Assembly: GCA_002269645.1 (NCBI GenBank)
Contig: NIVC01000245.1
Coordinates: 434,001 to 498,000, forward strand
Source of the DNA: Macrostomum lignano
Lineage: Eukaryota
Reading direction: 5' to 3'
Length of the DNA stretch: 64,000 bases
Both the position numbers and the translations under genes were made by a program. The first letter of the stretch is position 1. The number at the start of each line of letters is the position of its first letter. Shown one piece after another: positions 54,101-64,000 of this stretch. The notes under the pieces were generated by a model. That model did not search any database. It worked only from the letters and a program-made list of their open reading frames with translations, and was not told the origin of the DNA.

Positions 54101-57100
54101 CCAGCCGTCCGGTCTTTTAATGACTGAGAGCTTTGAAATTATGTCGAGGGTGAGAGCCTTAACCACGCGTGAAGTAGGGCGGGTGCCTTCTAACTCCGCG
54201 CAGTATTGACGCCATTTGTCGGACTTGGCTTTCTGGTTTCACGCTTAAAGTTGTGAATTGCGTCTTGATAGGCGGCCAGGTCAGCTGGGTCCTTGCTCCT
54301 GCGAGCTTTCCGTTGGAGGCACTTTGGCTTGCGCCGGAGGGATCCAAGCGCCGGGTGCCACCAGGGGCGGTTTTTTACCTTTGTAGGCTTTAAGAGGACA
54401 GGAAGCCTCATGGGCTGTCAGGACGGTCTTGCTGAGCATGTCTGCAAGGTCATCCACTTCCTGACAGGTTGTTGGAGCGGCTGTAGTCAGCTGATCTGTC
54501 TGGCATATCAGGGTTTCCGCGAAAGCCGTCCAGTCAGTGTTCCGGACGTTCCTTCTCCACTTGAGGCAAGAGGATTGCAATCGAAAACGAACGAAGCGAT
54601 GGTCAGACAGAGACTCCTCTTCGTCCCACACCTCCCAGTCCTTGACCAGGGGCCAAACCATGGGAGACGAGGGTTACGTCGAGGGCCTCCGTCTATCGCC
54701 CGTTGACAAAAGGTGGGGGTTCCACAAATGTTGAAAAACTCAGTGTTGGTGGTGCAGATGTAAGCAAGGAGTTCCTCACCTCTGCTGTTGAAGGTATTAC
54801 TGCCCCAGTGGGTGTGGTGGGCGTTGACGTCGCCCGCCACCAGCAGCTCGAACCTGCGGTTAGAGCACTAGTCCACGAGGGAGGTGAGGTTGGGTGGAAC
54901 CGCGGGGCCATCGCCAGGGATATAAATCGAGGTGATGATGACCCTGCGGTTGGTGATTATGTGGTTGGACTGAATGACACAGAGGTCTCTATCAGAGAGG
55001 TCCGGTCTGTGACAAGCTTTGAGATGGGTAGACACGAACATGGCTGCTCTGGGGTTTTGGGGGTCCTGAAAACAGTCAATACCAGCAGGAATATTCGGAA
55101 TCTTACCTTTCTTCGTCCAGGGCTCCTGGAGTAGGATAATGCCCGGTTTCACGAAGTTTGCCACCTGCATCAGGTTGGTCGAGGCCGCGATGCAATGGTG
55201 TAGGTTTAGCTGCAGGATGTCCACTTCGGGGATTCCACGAGTGGTCCGCGCAGCTTCCTGCCGGCTCAAGGCCAGTTGTGCAGGAGAGCTGTCTCTTCTG
55301 CCTCGCCGATAGCTCCAGGCTCCAGTTCCATGGGCTCCTCCCGGATGGTCTCCATGGTCCAGGGCGGGGCCGCCAACTGGGCGGCATTCTCGCTTTCGGC
55401 CCGGTTTTCCGGCTGGGGTTTGCTTCGGTTGTTGGCCTTGGCGGTGTCCAGCAGCTGCTGAGTCAGACCAGAGCGGATAGTGTTCCGGGCGGGTTTCCGG
55501 CCCTTTCAACGTCCGCCTGTTGCTGCAGCTTTCGCAGCTTTCCCTCTGACAGGGTCCACGTCTTCGGAGGGGTCGTGACGAACGGGAGTTTCTTTTCCTG
55601 GGCGTTTCCGCCCGGCAGAGCCCCCGCTCACCCACTTACGCTTCTCCGGGGGCGGTGGACGGGTGGCGTCAGACTCAAAGCTAAAGAGCTGAATCTGCAT
55701 CAGCCCGACAGAGATGAGGGACATGTCCAGATAGCTGAGCATCCAGCTATCCAACAGTCCAAGAATAGACGTGAAACTAGTCACTAGCAGGCGACGCAGT
55801 TCGTCGACCTTGGTGATGGAGCTGCAAGCCGGAATCCAGGCACGGTGCCGGTGTGTCCAGGGTCGCTCGTCCTCCCTTTCGATAAACAGGTTTTCCAGCT
55901 CCGTACCCCAGTCGAAGGTTTTCAGCATCTCGAAGAGCTGCTGTCCAGACTGGCTGTCAGCGGGCTGGATATGGAGGGCTTGGTCCTCGACTTTCGTCTT
56001 TTGGACTGAAATAACGCTACTGCTCAAGGCCAGCTTGACCAGGTGGGAGTCCAACCTGCGCCAGATAAGGTTGAGCTGTTCGGCCGTAAGAGGCGTCTCC
56101 TGGCCTTGGATAATCAGGGCCGGCTGCCTCTTGGCCATAGCCGCATAGGTGCGCTTCGGCTTGGTGGTTTGGCCAGCACCCCCCGCTTTGGATCCCTCCA
56201 CGGCCGTTGGAGCTTCCACACGGGCAGAGGTCCCGTCACGGGAGGGGCCAGCCGCTCCAGGAGCTTCGGCGGCACCTGAAGCTTCTGACCGGCACGCGGG
56301 GTCCACCTTCTTGTCGGATGTTCGCTCCTCCGCGGGATTCGCAGAGTTACCGGCACCCTCTTTGGAGGTGGCCGGAGGGGCGGCTTTAGCACTCCTCCGT
56401 TCCTCCGCTTTGCGCTGGAGAAAGGCTTTGTAGCGAGCAATGCTACGGGCCTTCTTTTTAGAAGTCTGAGGTCCACTGTTCTGTTGTCCAGCCACTCCGG
56501 TATTTTCCTGAGCGGCGGCAGGGGCTGACTGAGAGGCACCGGGGGTTCCGGTGTTGCGAATGTCCGGGTGGGCCGCGGTACCAACCTCGGTTGGTGCTCC
56601 AGCAGTCTCGGACGTGTTGGGTGTAAGTGAATACTCCATGAGTCGCTGAAAGGCGAGTGGGGGCTAGAGGTGAGAAACCGCTGAGGCCGTAACCCCAAAC
56701 CCAACAGACAGGCCAAGAGATAGCGACCGGGATGTGGCTTAAGCCCTTACCGGCCCGACCGCTAGCAACCGAGAAACTCCCCGGCTAAGAGCCCGGCTTG
56801 GAAAAACCAGAGGCCGAACCAAAGGTCCATCAGCACGGTACTACACTGGGCCCTTGAGGGAATCAGGAGGACTGCCTCCGGAGCCTGCGGACTAGCCGTA
56901 TACCCAAAACGGCTGAGACAGAAGCCAAGGCCACGGATGGGTTGCCGCCGCCGGAGCCCAGTCAGTCCAGCAGCCCTAGAGCTGTCTTGAACACATGCGG
57001 GGCGTGAACCCCTGGGTCGGCTTGTGAGTCAGCTTGGAGAGGGTTCTTCTGCCATTCTTGCACCAGAATAGAGGGGTGCAGGTGTGTAGGATCGCAGACC

Positions 57101-60100
57101 TTAGCTCGTAAGCCTGGTCTTTCTCGTACTACACAGGCGTGCTGAACCCACCATTGCATGCTATTAAGGCACTGAGAGGTAACTAATTTTTTTTTCTGCA
57201 GTCTCCACCAGCAATGGTGTTTAAGCGGGTATCGACAAACGGCTTTGTGGTCGCTAGTGGATTGGCGATCGACCTGCTGGATTTCTTGGCTCGTAAATTG
57301 AATTTTCGGTAAGGTGTTGTCAGTAGCTCACATTGGATTTGGCCTTTTGTTCTTCAACCTAAATTTCTTACGTCTTTATATGGCTACAGGTATACAACAA
57401 AGAGTCCGGACGATGGTCAATGGGGAGGTCCCAGTTCAACATCATCCTACTATACCGGATGTGTTGGTGAAGTTCAGCGTGGTGTAAGTTTCCTGAGTGA
57501 CTGTGCATTGTGTTGTGCAATAGTACCCTTTTGCACTCTCGTGGACCACTCCAACCCTCCCAGTCGGCCCTTTCCCTCTATTTTTTCAATCAATAATCCA
57601 TGCGTACGCTGATAACACCACCTTGCATCTCACCCTCATACCGTACATTTGTTCCTAAGTTATTTAATATTCATGTAACGCGTAAGACAGATGAAAACAT
57701 ATACCGATAATGAAGTCGCTGTCTGGTGGGCAGCCCCGTCCTTTGCTCGCGTTTGGTCCGCCTCCGTTCGCTATTGAACAAATTACTCGTCTACCATAAA
57801 AATTGCACGGCGAACTGCATCGGCTACGGTGTAAGTTCGTGTTCCTGAGTTACTTTTCTTTTCCTGCTTCTCCTTGGGCGCGGGACGAGAGCCTTGACTG
57901 GGGACCTGGGGGGGGGAGTCGCAGCTTCCGACTGGTCAAAGCTGTAGGCGTCGCTTCGAAGGGGCGCACAACAATTGTTATACTTTCTTCTAGGATCGTG
58001 TTCCTTTTGCGACTTTATCCATCGCCTCTTTCTTTTATCATGCTCGATTAAGATTGCTCAGCTTGGCGCTGGCCCGTTCACAAAGACCACAGTTCGGGAC
58101 GCAGTGATCGACTACACAACGGACCTGTATGCGGAGTACAGCGGAGTGATAGTCCCTCGTGCAGAGGCTCGCACAGGCCTGTGGAATGTGTTCCTGCCGC
58201 TCCACTGGACTGTGTGGCTGGCTTTGGGTGGCTCCGTCTTCGTAGCGGCCTTTTTCGTATGGATTCTCGCCTACTTTTCACCATTCTCGAGCACAAATTT
58301 GAATCTTGACGGTGCAAATATCGACGAGGCCCGCTATGTGCAGTATGTTTGGACCATGATCGGTAGCTTCCTGCAGCAGGGCCAGGACTTTTACCCAAGC
58401 GCAATGTCACCAAGAACATTACTGGCCTTCTGGTGGTTTTTCAATGTTATCATCTACGCGGTGTACACAGGTATTTCATCGATTTTGAGGGAACAGTTTT
58501 TCTAGTGTTGGCTGTCGGTAAAATGAACCCTTAAGTGGTTGTATGCCATACGATGCAATTGAAAAGGATTGTTTGAACAAGGCTTGAATTGCGTTGGAAC
58601 TATGCTTTATTCAAGATTTTTGAGAGTGCAGAACTCAAACTCAGTTTCAGGGCTATATCCTCAGGATGTCTAAAATTTCCGAGTTAAACAAATCACTAAG
58701 TGGTTTCTATGCTAACTTCCTTATTGATGAGACTACTACGCGCTTTTAAATCATCTCGGAGTCATTCAGATATCCTGAGGACGTAGCTTGAAAGTGAGTA
58801 AACAATCCAGCCTTATGGAGTCATTTTAGCCAAGGGTAATAAGACTGGGGCACAATCACTGGAGATTTGAGGTTGTGTCCTTGTTGTCCTTGTCCTTGTT
58901 CTTGTCGCTGCGGATTCTAGAGGGTAAGGACCCAAGGGGGGGGCGGAGAAGGTGCGGCTCTAAATTTTTGGCAAAAATTCCCTTGGCCCCCTTATTTTTT
59001 TGGTCTCCGCCGTAGTGGGGGGGGGGCGACCGCCCCCCGACCCCCTACCCCACCTGGTTGCGCCACTGTGTGTCCAGGAGCTACTATTGTACTTTCAGCC
59101 TGAGCCCACGAGGTAATTTTTGACGTGGATTGTGTCTAGGAGTTACTTCTTGGTAGGAATTGTTCCACCCAGGATATTTAAGCGCCTAAGTAACACCCAA
59201 GGCATCAAGCGCCAATTTTTTATATGATACTATGACTACATGTGGAATTTCTAGTTGTAACTCATCGAAAATAATCTATGAAGAAAAAAACAAAGTCGAT
59301 GATGCGAAAGCCAATTTTTTGCAGCATTTCTTACTTCGACCCTGACCGTATCGGTGACCAGTGTGCGAATCAGGACTCTGCAGGATCTGGCTGATCAGAA
59401 CGAGATTCAACCAGCCGTGTCCTCCGGAAGCAATATGTACACTCTGCTGACAACTGCCCAGACTGGGGTGTATAAGCAGCTTGGTGAAAAATTACTGGCT
59501 GTTCGTAGCTGTGCTGTTGAGGTAATTCACGTTCGTGAAACTCATTTTGCTTTAATATAGTTGACTAACTATTCTATCCCGTGCAGCGATCCGGCGTTGG
59601 CGACGTCGGCTGAGATTTCCGACGTTTGTTAATGTCGCTACTAGATGGTTAATTTTATATTACACCGACGTTTAGCCGACACATTAACGTAGTGATTCGT
59701 CGGCGTAATTTAAAAGGATCCATTTATCGGCAACCTTTGTCGACTAAGGACCACTAGCAGTGTATACGTTTAATACGTTTAGGACGTTGGAATGTTGGAC
59801 GAGCTTAAAGGTATTAGCATAAGGTGCATACATTAATTTTACCTCGTAGGAGGTGTGCATGTACTCGTACATGTAATTCGTGGTAATTCGTATCTTAATA
59901 AGTTTTCCATTTAAATTCTTTGCTTGGAATTTGATAATAAACAAATCTAACCGCCTCCGAAAACTTCCCGCAGATGGAAACCAACTACAAGATCGCTTGC
60001 ATAGGTGACTTCTCGCTGATTGAATACATGGCCAAGATGAATTGCTCTCGTTGGTATGTCGCTTCGGAAGTTTTCAATGCTGCTACTGTGGCTTTCATCA

Positions 60101-60463
60101 TGCCGGAAGATGCTGTTTTTGGAAAGGCTATAAATTATTAGTGAGCGAAATTAATTCATTTTCTACTGCAACTCTGATTTTCGTATACGCTTTTGAAGCA
60201 TAACCTCTAAAATTACATGCCTAAAAATCTTCAGCATGCAGAAACTGCACGAGGCTGGCCAAATCCAACATCTGAAGCAGAAGTACTTTTCGCCAGAGAC
60301 CGACGTTACTTGCGCCAAAGGAACTAAAAGCAATACTGGCTCTGCTGATGCCATCGGCATAGAGACCATGGCAGGTATAGTTTTGGTCACGGCTTGCTTC
60401 TACGCTATTGGCCTTGTGCTGCTTGTTGGAGAACTGTGCGTTGCGCGACATAATAAAAAATAA
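48112..60463 (+). CDS. divergent ionotropic glutamate receptor-like subunit (ATD-S1-M1-P-M3-S2-M4); exons 48112..48337, 48623..48760, 49882..49992, 50087..50481, 50950..51102, 51236..51484, 57202..57308, 57390..57483, 58053..58470, 59325..59521, 59974..60140, 60235..60463
   Basis: Signal peptide, [38 protein letters not shown], pore [12 protein letters not shown]3 [24 protein letters not shown], and M4 [10 protein letters not shown]. All junctions are phase-compatible GT-AG. Confidence 0.9.
49346..49623. mobile_element. foldback/MITE-like near-perfect palindrome (arms 49346..49474 and 49497..49623)
   Basis: About 100 bp of perfect inverted repeat plus a further 20-bp outer match, around a 22-nt loop. 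The ORF track shows the same peptide on both strands. Confidence 0.85.
50505..50878. repeat. (CCCTG)n pentanucleotide microsatellite in iGluR intron 4
   Basis: Directly visible; lies between the GTGAGC donor at 50482 and the acceptor at 50949. Confidence 0.97.
51555..57160 (-). mobile_element. full-length non-LTR retrotransposon (ORF1; ORF2 with APE endonuclease, RT, RNase H and Cys/His knuckle), R1/Loa-like, frameshifted; 15-bp TSD CTATTAAGGCACTGA
   Basis: [13 protein letters not shown] and [12 protein letters not shown] (endonuclease), YRPISLTSF (RT), [28 protein letters not shown] (RNase H), CPFC...HFIC. TSDs at 51540..51554 and 57161..57175. Confidence 0.93.
55506..56639 (-). CDS. LINE ORF1 protein (377 aa as annotated)
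   Basis: Long ORF 5' of the endonuclease ORF with a low-complexity N-terminus and a globular core ending RAWIP; no CCHC knuckles are visible. Confidence 0.75.
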   Translation of the reverse strand: MEYSLTPNTSETAGAPTEVGTAAHPDIRNTGTPGASQSAPAAAQENTGVAGQQNSGPQTSKKKARSIARYKAFLQRKAEERRSAKAAPPATSKEGAGNSANPAEERTSDKKVDPACRSEASGAAEAPGAAGPSRDGTSARVEAPTAVEGSKAGGAGQTTKPKRTYAAMAKRQPALIIQGQETPLTAEQLNLIWRRLDSHLVKLALSSSVISVQKTKVEDQALHIQPADSQSGQQLFEMLKTFDWGTELENLFIEREDERPWTHRHRAWIPACSSITKVDELRRLLVTSFTSILGLLDSWMLSYLDMSLISVGLMQIQLFSFESDATRPPPPEKRKWVSGGSAGRKRPGKETPVRHDPSEDVDPVRGKAAKAAATGGR

Positions 60464-60824
60464 AATTGAAATTATTTTGAAAGAAGCAAATTTATGCAAT
60501 TTTATACAGACGGCCACTTTTCTATTTTTTAGAATTTCTTGCTTGTAAAAGGAGTGCATACATGTAACCTGCAATAAGTAAATCACTATTTTCATTTACA
60601 ACCGTACAACTTCTCCAGGAGAAGATGAGTGTTATGATATGATCTTTGGTGTTATGTACCCCATATCACAATTAAAAGTATATGGCACCGCTTCAAATGA
60701 AATGTTGCCCCTCGCAAAAAATTCTTGCTACGCTCTTTGTAACATGTGGAAACGAATCTATTAGACATACTCGTATTATGCTCTGCATCTTACATTATAC
60801 TGAGTTTTAAATGTGCCTAATCAC

Positions 60825-61118
60825 GGGGGCCATAGCCTAGTCGTCTAGCGCGGCGCTTTGATCTGCCAGCGTCCGAGGCTCGATCCCAAGTGCAGTCACA
60901 TTAATTTGGGCCTAAATTGGAATCTCGGCTTAAGTCTACTCGTGCAATTAACGCCCTTGATGGCCAACCCCCAAGGCACAGTGAAGTGTACATGCCGAAT
61001 GATAAATAAAGTTAGGGCCCCCTGTACACTCCTGTGTGAGTGTGTGCCTGTGCGTATGACTGCGCACGTATCCGCGCGCTTGTGTGCCTGCTCAGGAGAG
61101 TCGACGGAATGGGCAGTA
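60825..61118 (+). mobile_element. SINE family A copy (3'-truncated)
   Basis: Head GGGGGCCATAGCCTAGTCG ... GGCTCGATCCC; the body matches the reverse complement of 20540..20817. Confidence 0.88.
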
Positions 61119-62906
61119 ACCAAACTCAAACTCGTTGTGATACAAACCAAACAAACCAAGCTCGTTTTGTGAGTTCTAAAGTGGATGGGCTAACGATGAG
61201 CATTTTTGTATCGTGAGCAAGCCGACCGGTATATTCGTAGTAAGGTAAATGTACGTAGGTTAGTTCACGTAGATCCCCAAGATTTCACAGAGGAAATATT
61301 CCTCCTATTCATATCTCCACAGTATATATCGATTGTAATTACGGCTTTTGTGCATTTGAAATCAAGCTGGGACTTCCAAAGCCGAGACTGCAGCCCAGTC
61401 TTAATAGGGCAGCTGCTGATATTGCTGGCGCCTATTCTGCATGCTAAATCAAACACTAAACTGCCTCTTGTTCAGATCTTTGTGCATAGAGCCTAACACG
61501 AGAAGAGAATTTGCAATAAATAATAAATAAGAAATAAGTCAACGATGATCACCAAAACGTCACAGAGCATGGAATATTTAGTCAGAGATTCACACAGATG
61601 AACAATGAGCTTTGAGCATGGCTTTAATTCCAGCAGCGCTCCCACTGATAGATAAGCTTTCATATTTGATGCGAAAAACACGAGTTTTGCAGAAACTATC
61701 ATATTTGATCGATTACAAGTGCCATTGGTCTGTACGGAATACGAAGATTCTGCCATTAGGTAACATGTATGGTTGTTAGATAATAGATTGATAAAAAAAT
61801 AGTTTGATAGATGGATAGAGCCTCGCACTAAGAGAAAAGGTTCATGTAGTTTTGTTGAAGATGCCGAGCTTGGTCGATAACTTTAGCTAGCTTATCTACT
61901 TATCTGCCAGCCATCTTGGAGCCATCGTTGTCACAGCATTTCGACTTATTCGAATAGGCAAAGAACGAACAGATGATTTTAACAAAGGATTGCAAACTTT
62001 AATGTGCTGTTTAACGACTGAAAACGCATTTAATTTTAACTACATATATGAGTCCATGGATGAGTCAATGGAGTTTTCCATGATATGAGTCTAACTTGCA
62101 GCCAACAATGTTCTCAGGTAGATTCTAAAATACTACTTTCAATTTACAGTTTATTAGTTGAGGGGTGGATACATATCCGTGGAACATGCCGCGTGTATTT
62201 ATAAGTTCAGTGATTCCCTGAATTGAAGTTTTTTGCGATTATCTCCTTGATCCTCATTAGGGTAGGGCAGGTAGGTAAAATAGTTGTTTTTTGTCGGCAG
62301 GAATGTCAAGTGTTAGTGGACTAATAACTTTAAAATGTTTTACATACAAAGCAGTGCGGCAGTTTCAAACCCCACAGTACCGGCTTTGTTCGACCTTGCA
62401 GGCTGCACGCTTTACGCCTCACAGGCATTTTCTACATCTATTCATATTTCAGAAAAAAAATTGTAAAGTTAAAATGCTGGAATTAAAACTAAACAGTGCA
62501 TTCAATAAGCGATTGACCAGTGTATTGTAGGAGCATAAAATCCATAAACTGCAGAAGGACGGTTTTGATATTAGGGCTGAAAATTTTATAGCTTTCTCGA
62601 TAAAAAACTTTTCAGGGTGTAGAAATCATAGAGATTTACGTGCAGCTGGAACGTTTCTCCAGGGAGCTTTTTCTATGTGACAAATTAATTATTCGCGTAA
62701 GTAGACTCATGACTAATCGATTACTACAATGATTGACGTCGTTAATTGCGGTGCAACTTAATTTAGCAGTGGATTAAGGACAGTAACTAATTTACGACTC
62801 AAAATATCATTAATAAGCTAATAAAATTAAGGTGTCTTGAAATAAGAAGCTTTTCTCGTGGCATAATCGAGTAAATAGCAAGTTATTAATTATTGTCAGC
62901 AAAGTT

Positions 62907-64000
62907 TCATTCCGAGTTGCTACTGCAGCACTGCGACCTGCGAATCTTCATGCAGAGCAGTTCTCCAAGCAGCAGAGCCAGTCCAAATCCGTAAAGCGCT
63001 CCGGTGACAGCGAAACAGCCCGCTACAACATCGAGACTGATCGCTGGTGCAGCGGAACTGCTCACTCCAGTGTTACAAGCGGTGATATTGTTCGACGCGT
63101 CGTACATGTTCGTCACTAGCTGCAGTTGACCGGACTCTCGGAACTTTCGAATGCTGTCGGGGTACATAATTACAGGCGTGGTTATATTATTTGCTACTTG
63201 TACTGGTCAAGTAAGGGGGCCGATTCCCAGTGGTCCACGCGGCGTTCTGGTGTGCCAGCGGCCAGGCTCGATTCCGAGTGCAGTCACATTAATTTGGGGC
63301 TGAATTGGAATCTCGACTTAGTTCCGCTTGTGAAATTAGGGCCAACCCCCAAGGCACAGTGAAGTGTACATGACTAACGATAAATAAAATCAGGGCCGCT
63401 GTGCACTCCCGTGTGAGTGTGTGCCTGCGCGTATGACTGCGTACGCATCCAGGCGCTTGTGTGCCTGCTCAGGGGAGTCGGCGGGTGGGCAGTGATTCCT
63501 CTCGCCGGTTGTGTACGAGGTAACAATGTCGCTTAAAATGCGCCAGGGTGCTAACAGCCCCCTGCCTCTGATTCGGCATCCTAGAACTGCTTACGAAGGA
63601 GGACTTGTAATAAAGGATACTTCAGTCTGCAATAAACAAACTGTAGCTTAGAGTATAGCACAAAATATTCCTCAATCAATATTAAAAATATGAGCTAATA
63701 TAAAATGAATATCGATTTGTCGACAGAACATCGTATTGATGCAAGAGCAGAGCAGTGCAGATAACTATAGTAAGTTTTTAGGGTCGAACCCAAGAAACTT
63801 GACAGAGTCGCACCCTTGTAAATTTCCAAAAAGGTAAATGAAACTTTCGACGTAGCAAGCACCTTCTGCAAGCTGTGCGAGTTTTCTACTGAGTAGTATA
63901 TACTACTGATACTCACTAGTAGTCCATCAGCTGGCCAAAGAAGGCATCCTCGGGGTACAAAAACGCCACAGTAGCCGCATTGAACACTTCGTCAGCGAAG
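62907..64000 (-). CDS. 3' end of a second iGluR-like paralog; exons 63917..>64000 and 62907..63153
   Basis: [25 protein letters not shown]|YIRKFRESGQ...AISLDVVAGCF...LLLGEL mirrors the + strand gene, with the same phase-2 intron. Confidence 0.88.
63215..63569 (+). mobile_element. near full-length SINE family A copy in the last intron of iGluR paralog 2
   Basis: Head GGGGGCCGATTCCCAGTGG ... GGCTCGATTCC; 3' end GCGCCAGGGTGC...CCCCCTGCCTCT. Confidence 0.88.

Noticed and set aside
60825-60900. Real tRNA genes at the SINE heads (also 20745..20817 and 63215..63290)
   Set aside because: The cloverleaf is degenerate and each head is fused to the same ~280-bp body, so these are SINEs.

Overview
This is eukaryotic (metazoan invertebrate) genomic DNA, not prokaryotic. 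It has spliceosomal introns, GC-rich low-complexity exons and dense intronic minisatellites, and resembles a Macrostomum-type flatworm genome (inference only). Genes assembled by hand from splice sites and reading phase: a JIP3/4-like RH1-RH2 adaptor (-, runs off the left end), a tail-to-tail pair of intronless Zn-finger/coiled-coil/NHL-propeller paralogs, LANCL3, an LDB/Chip LIM-domain-binding gene, two tandem kappa-class GSTs, Hsp10, a CDR2-like dynein adaptor, and a tail-to-tail pair of divergent ionotropic glutamate receptor-like genes. Mobile DNA includes a full-length 5.6 kb EN-RT-RNase H LINE with a perfect 15-bp target-site duplication (TSD), a tRNA-derived SINE family (5 copies, one with a 15-bp TSD), a CORE-type SINE (2 copies) and a ~280-bp foldback element. 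Most ORFs in the supplied track are artefacts of tandem repeats. The most notable observations are an iGluR with a rewritten SYTANLAAF gate and altered ligand residues, an LDB LIM-interaction domain split by a ~50-aa Gly/Pro/Ala insert, GSTK paralogs with very unequal exon divergence, and the RING-less NHL gene pair. No CRISPR array, rRNA gene or real tRNA gene was seen. Gene and family names come from recalled sequence motifs, not from database searches.
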